A stretch of DNA of 64,000 bases from Dudresnaya verticillata (Eukaryota). Positions within the stretch are counted from its first letter, which is position 1; every line of letters starts with the position of its first letter. Location: NCBI GenBank assembly GCA_977862235.1, contig OZ374564.1:620001-684000 (forward strand), given 5' to 3'. A model generated the notes under the pieces. It ran no database searches, was not told the DNA's origin, and saw only the letters and a list, made by a program, of their open reading frames with translations. Shown here piece by piece: positions 50,796 through 61,180 of the stretch. A program made the translations under genes and the position numbers.

Positions 50796-53599
50796 ATGGG
50801 CAGAAAGTCCAACAGAACGAAGAAGACGCCCGTGACAAATGACCGTAATGAAGTCGGCCTGCACCAGCAACAGATTCTGTTCGCTGATCTGCTTGACGGT
50901 TCCATGCTGAAGCGTGTCGATCCCCGGGCTTGTGTATCCCTCACCAAGGTCAGGACGATATCCAGGTCTGGAGTCAAACGGCTCAAGCCTATTTTCATCG
51001 GACTAGGAGGGGTACAAACCAGAGGATGCCACATGCTCCCGAGTCGATACGATATGTTGCAGGAAGCGATATGCCAGTGATTATCGAGCTCACGGGAGCC
51101 CTTCGCAAGCATGTGAGAGACTATTTTCGAAGTACTCGGAATAAGGAGGGAGCGTACCATACGGAGAAGAAGATAAAGGAAATCATCAGTTCGAGAGGAG
51201 TGTGGTACGGCGTCGTAGATGGCATGCACCGGATGGTTGCAATTATTGAGCCCATGGACATACACGACGAGATAGGGAAGACATTCTCGTGGCCGGTTAT
51301 GCATGTCAAGGGCGGGGCGTCTCTGCAGGTTCTAAAACAGTTTGCAAGACACCAGAACCGCAAACATCAGTCTGCTTGTTATGTAGAAACCACGTTCTTT
51401 GACACACTGAAAGGCCTGCGTGAAGAAGCCGACCGTCTGCAGGCTGAAGCCAATGGAAAAGAGCCGACAGCGAAAGCAGTGGCCGCGGCGTTTTATGGTG
51501 CTTCTCATCTTCACTAGAACACAATCAGGAAAACAGCCCAGGTTGTTCTTCGATTGCATAGATCGGTTCTAGATACTATCGGGGAGATTGCAACACAGGA
51601 GGATGCAGACTTGGCGGCCTCGACTTCCCTTGGAAGTGCAGGGGCTGGAATTTCCAGGCAGCTCGTAATGTCTTCGGTAGACTGCCGAGTCTATCGGGAT
51701 TTTATCCATATATCGTCACTGAAGTCTGCTACAGTTTTTATGAATGCCGGCCGGTCGCCAGACGGGGTAGAGGCTCAAATATGTACCTTGTACAGGCTGC
51801 GGGAAAGGGCCAGAATGCATAATTTCAGACCTGCACCGTACAAGGTCACAGTCGAGGAATTCGAGAGAGCAAGAGACGCGCTGGTAGAAGTTAGGAAGTT
51901 CGAGAGCCTGAGGGAATCCCCGAATTGGCCTTCAGCTATGTCCGTTCTGAGGACCAATATGTTGCACACGCGCAAACTGGACCTGGACGTTATGTCGAAT
52001 CGTGGAAACAATCACATACTGAAGTCGATTCTTACCATGTACCGAGACAGTTGCCCAGGGGAGGCTCCACAGAAAATAGAGAAATACAACCGCAGATTAG
52101 AAATTGCGCAGGCACGATTATCGTCTAGCACAGATCCAAAGCATCCTGAAGAAGAGAAGAGCCCTGACAGTCACATGAAACATGTGCCGTCTGGAGTGCT
52201 CTTGAACAAAACTGCTTCACAATGGGCCCCACAGACAGATATGGAGAAGGAGAACGACGACAACCGCAGTGATCCCGACCACCTGGGCTGCACTGCGAGA
52301 AGCTCAACTCCGGTTGAGTCCCTTCCTGTGATCAACGGGAATGAAGGAGACGCTGTCACACCTATCCCTTTGCCCTCAACGGCCACTACGATAAGATCGG
52401 AAAGATTGGATACTGTTAAGAAGCTCAAAAAGGATAATAGAGACGATGTTGCAACATCGGACGAGATACTGAAATCGGAAGACCTTGGGTGTCACCAAAT
52501 GCGCTGGGTGGACTACAACCAAAAATACAAGAAAAGTGAGAGCAACCTGTTTGACTGCATTCTGTCGGACACCCGTATGGCACCCCTGCCTCACAGTCTC
52601 GAGCTGGGAAAGGGTATGACAACCAGCTCAGCACTTCAGAAATGAACGAGTTGGCTGAGTTTTGCCGGCAGACAATCGCCCCGGGTGGTTGGGTGTTCCT
52701 GTTTGTGTCATTTCAGACCTTTGAGCCCATGAGGCAGGCACTTTCAAAGAATAGTTTCGACTGCCCAACGTATGCATTCGTGATTCTGAAGGATACCGGT
52801 ACTGTTCAGGAACCCAGGGGCAACGAAAGGCCGCAAAATGGCGCAGACATAGCTGTTTTTGGGAAAGCACCGGGTATACACCCATCCGGTTCAAAGGTAG
52901 ACTTGAAGAGCCCCTATCACTTATTGATATTGGGTATACACCCATCCGGTTCAAAGGTAGACTTGAAGAGCCCCTATCACTTATTGAAATGCCAGGAGAA
53001 AAGGAAGTTCGCATGCATGTCATCTGTTCCAGTCTCCAAAAAGAAACTGTTGAGACCTCAGACAAGATCCCCAGCAGGCCGAAGAAAAGAATGTTGACTT
53101 GCTCGCGGAAGTTCTGACGACGTTCTGTGCAGAGCAAGGGCATGTTCTGGATATGTACGCTGACACGATGACGACCGGCATACCCTGAACAGATGGAACC
53201 GTTGACCAAGCGGCAAAATGTCGAGACAGGAGCAGTGCCTGCTAAGGTCAGGGGATGGAATGAGAAACAGGAAGAAGGGGAAGATGTGACCCAACGCGGA
53301 GAAATCAGTGGAGGAGATCAAGTCACTCTCTTCATTGACAAGAAGGCTGTAGGAACTTGCAAGGTTCAGTTCGGGTGGACAGGGCGCGATTTCGGGATAG
53401 CATCCATGGTACTGCGTTATCCTCCTTTCAAAGAGAAGATCACCATCTTGTCGCAGTCTATCCATTCAAAACCGCGACGCAAAGCTCCCATTTGCGACAA
53501 CCGTACTCATACCGGGAGGTAGATGGTGAGATCCCGACAACATTGAGTGAGATCCAAAGCTTTTTTGCTTGTGGCGTCAATCAGATGGCATTGACATGA
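50796..53599 (+). pseudogene. ParB/Srx-like domain + beta-class N6A/N4C DNA methyltransferase fusion, copy 2 (frameshifted)
   Basis: VDPRAC..VRTISRSGVKRL, MPVII, VWYGVVDGMHRMVAI; FDCILSD-x-PYGTLP across compensating indels; PGGWVFLF; VLDMYADTMTTGI; 60-bp tandem duplication at 52872-52988. Confidence 0.8.
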
Positions 53600-54773
53600 A
53601 CTCACAGGACGAGCTTTTGATGGTCATCGTCGAATTGGGCGAGTTTCCTGAGATTAGCAGGCGACCGTTCGCAAGGACGCCTTACAATAAACTGATACCA
53701 GCCTGCTGGCGCTCTACAGACACAGATTCCTTCCGCACAGACGTCATCGCCCCTGCAGTGTTTCTCATAAGAACGGAATCGACCAGACTGCAACGTTTCG
53801 TTTGCGAGCCTGACAAATTCGGTCCGCGTTGCAGTCAAGAAGCTGGGAGGTAATGCATCGCCTGATGAGAAGGTGCATCTTGGGAATGCGCAACGAAGAG
53901 CGGTTAATGGTTGACGTAGCCGCGAGCTTCCAGGAAACGGCAGTGCGAAATCTGGAGCAGCGCGCGGGGGGCGCCCTGTAGATTTGCGCTGCACACAAGA
54001 CAGGGGCGCGCACGCTGGTTGTGTCGGGCAGCCGCCGGTGCGGCGGCCAACGCAGTGGTGAGAAGGTGGGTAATTGCGGCGTGCGAGCGGCACGGGTGTA
54101 CATGCGCCATCCCGTCCAACGAGCTGTGCACCGCGGTGCCGAAACGGGGGGATGGATGTGCGGGCGAGAAGGCCGCTCGCGGGGCTCCTCGCGCAGCAGG
54201 AACGAAAAAGCTCCGATAGCTATGTGCTGTCTCGTGCGGGAAAAGCCATTCCGTATTATTGATAATACGATGACAGTTCTGATTGCTTGGCAAAGGGGAA
54301 AAGGTTTCTGAAAGCTTCCCTTTCTGCGCTGCAAAGAGCAGCTGCTTCGTTGTCCCAGGGCCCGCAAGGAAAATATCTGTTGAAAAGCTTTACTTTCGTA
54401 TGAAATACGAAACCTTTTTAGATATTCCGGTTCTGGCCGTATCAATACCCAATCAGAAGTATTTGACAGATCATTTCCAGGAAAAGCTATGTTGCATTAT
54501 CCATACTACACCTACAGTTTCGCGGAGCTCGCCCTTTGCAAAACTTAAAGTTTCGTGTCGCGACCCGCTACTCCGCTCGTGTTTCTCCGACGGGCCGTCG
54601 CCTGGCCTCTACCTATTCTCCCCAGGCACCGTTGCTACCTCGGAGCACTTTGTTCACGGTCTGTGCCGCACTGTCCGCAATTCGGCCGATGGCGATGACA
54701 GTGGTGCTGAGAAATCACCGGTCGATCCGCGGTCGTCGGACCCGACACGAAGCCAGGCCCCGGAGAGCCTAAC

Positions 54774-56047
54774 TTGGGCGACGACAACCCGGTCACGTCA
54801 GACTATGTCGCCAAGCCAGATCCGCCTGCAGACGCCGCGCCTGCTGCGAACGGAATAGAGCCTGGGGCTGGCGGTGCTGATCCGCCCACAAACGCTACCC
54901 AGGCCGCGGCCCTGGAGCAGTTCGAGCAGATGCAAGTCGAGGAGGTTTCTGGTGCAGTCGGTATTAACACAACTGTTATCTTCAAGGGTGTTGCACTCAC
55001 GGGCAGCTTTGAGTCCAACTGGAAGAAGTCGGATATCGCGTCGCTTGGTGCCGAGGATAAAAAAGAGGGCTGGTATGCAGATAGCCCGTACACGGACCGG
55101 TTTTCATGCCGGTTTGCATACAGCGAGAATGTGACAGACGATTCCGTCACAGAACCGGTGGTGCGCGTTTCCGATGAGAGTAGTATTGCTCCGACTGTGG
55201 AGAAGTTTACCGACAATGTGGAGGAAACCATGGGGGCGTTCTTTGTGCCCTACACATGCTCCAGCACGACCTGTTCAACGAGGATGTACATACGACACAA
55301 CCGAAGCGCAAAGTTTGCGCTGTTTTTAACACTGGAAGTAGGCCCGATGCAGCAATCGATCGAGGTCAGCGTACAGATGAGCAAGCCGCAATGGAACCTA
55401 GACTTCTTGGACCCGTACCTCACGTCGGGCAACTATATGATGAAAGTGGCTCTGCCTAGCACCGTTGTAGGAAGGCGCATGTCGGCAGATGAGCCGACCA
55501 TTATCAGTGTCAACAGACGACAGTCGTCGCAGTCACTGCGAAGGTGGCAACTCGGCTTACGTTTTCCGTTGCACCTTGGCAGAATGTGATTGCGACGTGG
55601 AGGAAGACCTGTGGTGGATGCTATTCAACTTCCTTTCTAATCGGTACAACCGGAAAGGGCTCGTTTGATGATGTGCAAGCAGGAGAGCTTACTCCCAAGC
55701 ACAAGTTAACTGAATCAACTAAACTCGATAGCGCTCTCGGAAGGATAGAAGAAGTTGATGAGCGCACCGCATATAAGCGGTTTTATCTTACGAATAGCGA
55801 AGGCGACTCAGATATTCATATTCAGACTACTGCTACGACTGCAACCAAGCAAGATTTTGTTACTGCGTACGTTGAAGTACCGTTCAGTGGGTCACATTCC
55901 TACATCCAGGCAGGCGCTTCCACCATATCGAGACGTGAAACAAAATCCCTTCGGCTCTACTTCATCTGCAAACAGTTTGGCGCTTCCTGGGTATTGGTCA
56001 CTATCCTGATCGTTATGTACAATAATTATCATCAAGCACTGCGTTGA
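54774..56047 (+). pseudogene. Hypothetical protein in two overlapping frames, unknown function
   Basis: Long ORFs of 271 and 167 aa with protein-like composition; no motif recognised. Confidence 0.4.
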
Positions 56048-56702
56048 ACCGAAGGTCTACCACCATTCCAGTTTCACGCAAACAGCAGGGTCTATCATGT
56101 GGACTGTCATGCTTCTGGCTGCAGCAAGTGCAGTCGGGTCAGGGATTTATATGCGCCGACGAAGCGGCATCAAATATGCACCAGTACGGACAAACTACAG
56201 GGCCCCATAGACTTCATGGTTCTCAGTTGCAAACAAGGTCGTAGTTTTTACTTTGGTGCGTCGCAGTTGACCCGTACAGCCCTTCATGGCCCCTACCATG
56301 GATTCATTCCCGGCTCACTCCTGGTCGTCTATCAGGTGAGTGACTGCGACAAGATTGGTGGCGATGAACTTGCAGCCAGGTTACTCGTTAACGCATAGCT
56401 GCGCGTACCGAATCTTGTAGTAATTGATGAAGCGGTCAAAGCCAAAAAATACTGGCTGCTCTGTCACCCGTTCTTCAGGCTGTCGACGCCGTCGACCGCA
56501 GGCGCCTCGCCGCTGCGCTGTTCGAACTATCATGATTTGCGCGGGCAAGCCATAAAATGGCTGCCACAGACCACTCCCGCTCTTGGGAGCCAATATCAGA
56601 ATGACCTACCGTCTGTCTGAAGCCCTGCTGGATACTTGCGGACCAACGCTACAACTCAATGGTGTGGTCTTTATTGGGAAATTACTCAATGCAGGTATGC
56701 AA

Positions 56703-58735
56703 TCATTGCGCACTAGTTTTGGTGAAGACTCTCGCCTTGGCAGGTCCATCGCGAATCTCCTCACATTCTGCGCACTTCGTAAAGCGACTTACTTTTCGTA
56801 CCCTAATGTGGGAACAGTGTGCCTTCCACGTAGCGTAAAAGTAGCTCGCGCGTGCAGGTGTCTCGCCACTATACAAAAGGCCCTGGTCTGTTGTGAATTG
56901 CTCGTACAAAGTCTTCCTGTCAAAGTATGGCAGATGTATTTCGGCTCTGTCCGGCATATGGTCTGCAGTAGCTTCAGCAATCCTCTCGAGGTACGAAACG
57001 ATTCTGTCCCGTTGTTCAGAATTTGCGTCTCGCGGAGTGGAATCGGAGAGGGACAACGAACCGCCAAACTCCTTGACAGACGTTTGCAAGTCCCTTGAAA
57101 ACCCAAATGCTTTCTCTAAGAAATTGTAGCACACCAGAGCACCATTGACCGGTAAAACCTGTCAGGCTGGATCAGGCGGAATAGATAGTCCCTCCTTTCG
57201 TTCTTTTCCATCATCAGAACACGACGAGCTTCGGCCTTGAGTTAAACCTGCTCACAGGCCTGGAAACATTTCTTTGCAGAACAGCACTTCTTGCGCTCCC
57301 AGTCCTCCGTGTCTATCCTCGCTAGTGCAGCCTTACGCCTTATCATCAAGTCAGTCTCGCCCTTCTTGGGCCTCTTACTAACACGTGAACGATAACGATA
57401 AATTCGCTTCTTAACGGCACCAATTCCCCTCATACCGTTTCCTCTACGTTCCTCAGAACCAACACGAGCAGCCGCTCCTCCACTATCTGCGTCCTCCTCA
57501 TCTTGGTAATCCGGGTCAGAGAGCATTTCTGTTCCATCTGCCACCTCTTCAGCAGTTGCTGCCAATTCATCAGCAGGTTCTGTCTGTGCGCCACCCCGAG
57601 TGACAAGGTCGACAGTGGATTCCGAACCCTCACCTTCTTCGCGACGGTCTTTCCCCTCGCTTTCTTCCTCCACCGCCCCCTCGACGTCATCGTCCTCAGC
57701 TTCCTGTTCTGCTCCTGCTATCTGGTCTGCATCCTGGCCTGGCCCTGCTTCATGGTCTGGCCCTAGTTCTCCTAAGTTCCCTGGTTCCGCTTCGGCCATA
57801 ACGTTGTCATCTTCAGTGATCCCCTTCTTCTCGTTTTGAATAATGCGGTTTGCTGGCTTTTGAGGGCGTGGTCGTAACGGGGGGCTTTTCACCGGGGTGT
57901 ACTGCAGGGGAGATTCCATATCTCTATCGTCTTCAAGCACAATGCCACACCTTTCCCCGGGTGACATGAATGGGTCCGGATCCTGCACGACTGTCTCCCG
58001 ACCACCGGCATCTGCTGCTACAGGCGTGCGAAGAGGGGTGTTAGGAGGTCTTGGGCTGCGAATGGTGCCCTTACCTTGGCCCGGTGTATGCAGAGTACCG
58101 GAATCAGGGCATTCCTCTCGGTCCCTTTCAAGTAGCATTGCCTCTCCAGGGTTCATCTCTGGCCCAGACTCCATCGCCTCCTTCAGATACACAGCCACCA
58201 TATCCTCGAACTGGTACAGATCCCAACAGTGCTCACCTTTACCAATTTTTTGTAGCATCTTGGGAACCGCCCTGTCAGATAAGTACTGAAATGAGTTGGG
58301 TAGGCGCTCTGCTCCGGGTAGACAGTGCACTCGGTGGATCGCTACCCATACCCCCCCGGGGCGTTGCTGCTTACTGAGAGAATGGCCGCCAAGGACTGTG
58401 CACAAACGACCGCTTGGGTCCTCCGTCCCGGGCGGTGGCAGCAAGGGAGTGGCACGAGCCACATGCTGTCCTCCGAGAGTTAGCGAGACGCGCGAATCCG
58501 GCTTGACATGGGGTTGAGTAATACTTACCTCCGTAGATGTGGGGCGACCTGAGGCTTCTTCCATAGCGTCAAAACGCGGCAATAGGGGCTGGTCCGGCGA
58601 TGCCTGGGAGGGAGGGAAATCAGGAGAGCTCGGAGGCCACTGCGAGGGTAAAGGTGCATTGCAGGCACCGATCGCTTGTGGAAATATCTTAAATAGGTGA
58701 GGTTTGCGAGTACCGGAAAGATCGCAGTGCTCCAA
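56703..58735 (-). pseudogene. N-terminal half of the DUF7869/Sola-like transposase gene, copy 2 (catalytic core absent)
   Basis: LQYTP, RIYRYRSR, D..DW...KCC..KKCF, ADHMPD.AEIHLP, ASYFYATWK..IRVRK..RFTKCAEC match the 16177-18536 fragments; likely ATG at 58564. Confidence 0.72.
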
Positions 58736-58973
58736 TTACTGGGTCAGGAACGAACAACTCCAGAGTAGAGATACGTGGGATTGCATTCTGTGCATATTCT
58801 GTCGTGCGTGCAGAACCGCCTTCCAGAACAACTGGTATCGTGAAAAATCATTCATACACACGCGACGTGAGGCGCCAATGACAGGTGCCGTAGAGGATAG
58901 GAGGAGCACCCTGGGCACGAGTACTCGTGAGGGTATACCCTGGTGTGTAGGTCCCGCTTGCCAGTCGAGGTCC

Positions 58974-59363
58974 ATGTTGTTCCGCTCGGTTCTGCTTACG
59001 GGTGGTGACAATGCGGTGGGGGTACGGGCACATCAAGGACAAGAGGAGGATACAAAGACGCTAACAATTTTGAAGAACGTGAACGAGCTTCTTCCAAAGC
59101 AGTACAGTGCAGCTGCGGTGAAAAAGGGTACTCTGGCTCCAAGTATGGACGCGGTTGAGTTTATGAATGAGCGTGTCACGGATATGGCTAGAGAGCACGG
59201 AAACATTACCAACGCGATTACTCCACAGAATCTCGGAGCGAAGATTGCCGTGCAAACGTTTGGAGACAGTCGCTTGAACAGCACCTGGAAGGAGCTCCTT
59301 TCCAAGCGGGGCCGCGAGGTGTACATGCGTCCATGTGAAACATATGCAGATATTGCAGAATAG
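58974..59363 (+). pseudogene. Fragment resembling the C-terminal RCK-like region of CASTOR/POLLUX/DMI1-type cation channels
   Basis: FRSVLL...DTKTLTIL...VEFMNERV...AITPQNLGAKIAVQ...RLNSTWKELLSKRGREVYMRPCETY follows the family pattern as I recall it. Confidence 0.55.
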
Positions 59364-60139
59364 AACTAATCGTTTGCAGCTCTTGCAGACACGCTCGCAA
59401 AGACCACAGATGACTTAGTCATTTGATACGTTCGTCACGACGGATGAGTCATTATCAAACCATAAGGGCCGGAGAGGTTGACGTCTCGCGAAGGGGATAA
59501 ACTGCATGTACTTGTTGTATTGTGGAATGAGTAGTTCGAGGCCACGGCAAAGCACCAAAAACATACGTACGTACTTACACAAACACATCGAATGACACAT
59601 ACGCCACTCGCGAGCACGTGCACGGGCACATGCACATCACCACTTGGGAATACAAAGATCGCCCATGCCCGATGTTGTTTCCCAGTTAGCAATCTACTGA
59701 AGGGCCATTTCGAGCGATGTCTCTCGACTCGTTTTATTCATAAGTAAGCTGTGTAATGACGTCAACAGTACTGTTTTGAAGAACATACCATACCGTTGTA
59801 TCCAAGCCGGCTGTGCTGGCATCCAGCATCTCACGAACCGGCCCTGCATGGGCAACGGAGCGGTATCCCAAACGTTTGCGACAAGTCAATGGCCCATGGC
59901 ACAGAAATGCTTGTACTAGGCTAGCACTGTCTCCATCCGCCCCGTTGTTTACTTCGCACCTTCAAAGTCCAGAAACAGAATGCCAAACTTGTTCCACATC
60001 ACACAGTCCACAAGTCCTCCTCATCCGGTCTAGGCCATTAGTTACCGCTGCGGCTTGGGAGTCGCGTCGTGTAAACTATAAGAATTTCACTGCAGCATTC
60101 ATCCGCTGGGGCGTCTGATCGAGGACTTGATCACTAGGA

Positions 60140-60545
60140 GCAAGCATCAGCAGCAATCAAGCGGGCGATCATTAGCGGCGGTCAGACGGGCGGCAACTAG
60201 ACGGGAGAGCAGTAGCGGCGGGCAGACGCGCGGTAGACATTCGCGGCGAGCAGATGAGCAGCAGGAGAGGCGAGGAGGAGTAGCAGCAGATGCGCGGTAG
60301 ACAGTCGCGGCGAGCAGGCACAGCGAGCAGGCGGGCGACCAGTAGTAGCAGCAGACGCGCGGCTGACAGGCGCGGCGAGAAGGCACAGAGAGCAGGCGGG
60401 CGACCAGTAGTAGTAGCAGACGCTCGGCTGACAGGCGCGGACAGCAGATGAGTAGCGAGCAGGCGGGCGTGCAGGAGCGGCGGGCATGGGCGGCGAGCAG
60501 GGACGCTGGGCACGGGTGGCGTACAGGAGCGGCGGGCAGGGGCGA
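60140..60545 (+). repeat. GC-rich subterminal degenerate tandem repeats (~65-bp units with AGCAG/AGTAG runs)
   Basis: GAGCAGGCGGGCGACCAGTAGTAG..GCAGACGC.CGGCTGACAGGCGCGG repeated at ~60325 and ~60390, plus looser copies. Confidence 0.75.
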
Positions 60546-60574
60546 CAGCAGTGGTGCGGGGAGTACGTTGGTGG

Positions 60575-60852
60575 CCCTGGGGCGCACAGAGCGAGGGAAA
60601 AATCTAATTAAAATTGTTTTACAGAAATTCGGAAAAGTGTGAAACTTTCGGAAAAGTGTGAAACTTTTGGAAACGTTTGGGGGGTGTACAGACTGTGTTT
60701 CGTGCGCCGTAACTTCTGAACTACCTACGCTATAGACAGACGGATTCCACCGTTGTTCTCAGCGCACGCTCCTGGTTCCATAGAGCTAAAGAAACCGGGG
60801 GACAATTTGGTACTGTTTGGCAAAGTTGATTCTGAATATCTCGAAAGTAGTG
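60575..60852 (-). repeat. Right terminal inverted repeat
   Basis: Inverse of 47396-47652; contains a 19-bp tandem duplication CGGAAAAGTGTGAAACTTT; ends GTAGTG. Confidence 0.92.
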
Positions 60853-60916
60853 TTGTTGGTGAATGAACTGTTGAAAAGCTCGTTTTGCTTCATTGAATAG
60901 TTGTCTGGTTCTGGTA

Positions 60917-61180
60917 GCGCCGCTCGGACGTACGCATGGTACTCGACTATGATGGGTACTATGTTGGGTCCGGTATTCGCGATGCGAGTTATGCAATGTA
61001 CATGCCACCAGAACCCGAGTGGTACGCTTCGTAAGAGCAAGTACTGGCTGTCCCCAGCACTCAGAAAACTACTAAGTTCTGGCATCAACGTCTTGCCCAT
61101 ATCAGTTTTCGAGACTTGACCAAGATACACGGGCACGTTGACTGTTTTCCGAAGTTGGGCTCTACTCATGAAGTGTTTTG
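60917..61180 (+). mobile_element. Diverged Copia internal fragment (GAG-pre-integrase region)
   Basis: Colinear with ~5918-6181; interrupted by the Gypsy LTR at 61181. Confidence 0.85.

Larger units (their letters stand above)
47396..60852. mobile_element. Putative ~13.5-kb DNA transposon bounded by ~260-bp TIRs (CACTA...TAGTG)
   Basis: Long inverted repeats enclose a family-1 gene, ParB-MTase, a DUF7869-type N-terminus and a captured gene fragment; no TSD recognisable. Confidence 0.72.

Noticed and set aside
47396..60852. Canonical CACTA/EnSpm element
   Set aside because: The ends read CACTA/TAGTG, but there is no 3-bp TSD and no Tnp2 motifs, and the TIRs are far longer than typical, so it is left unclassified
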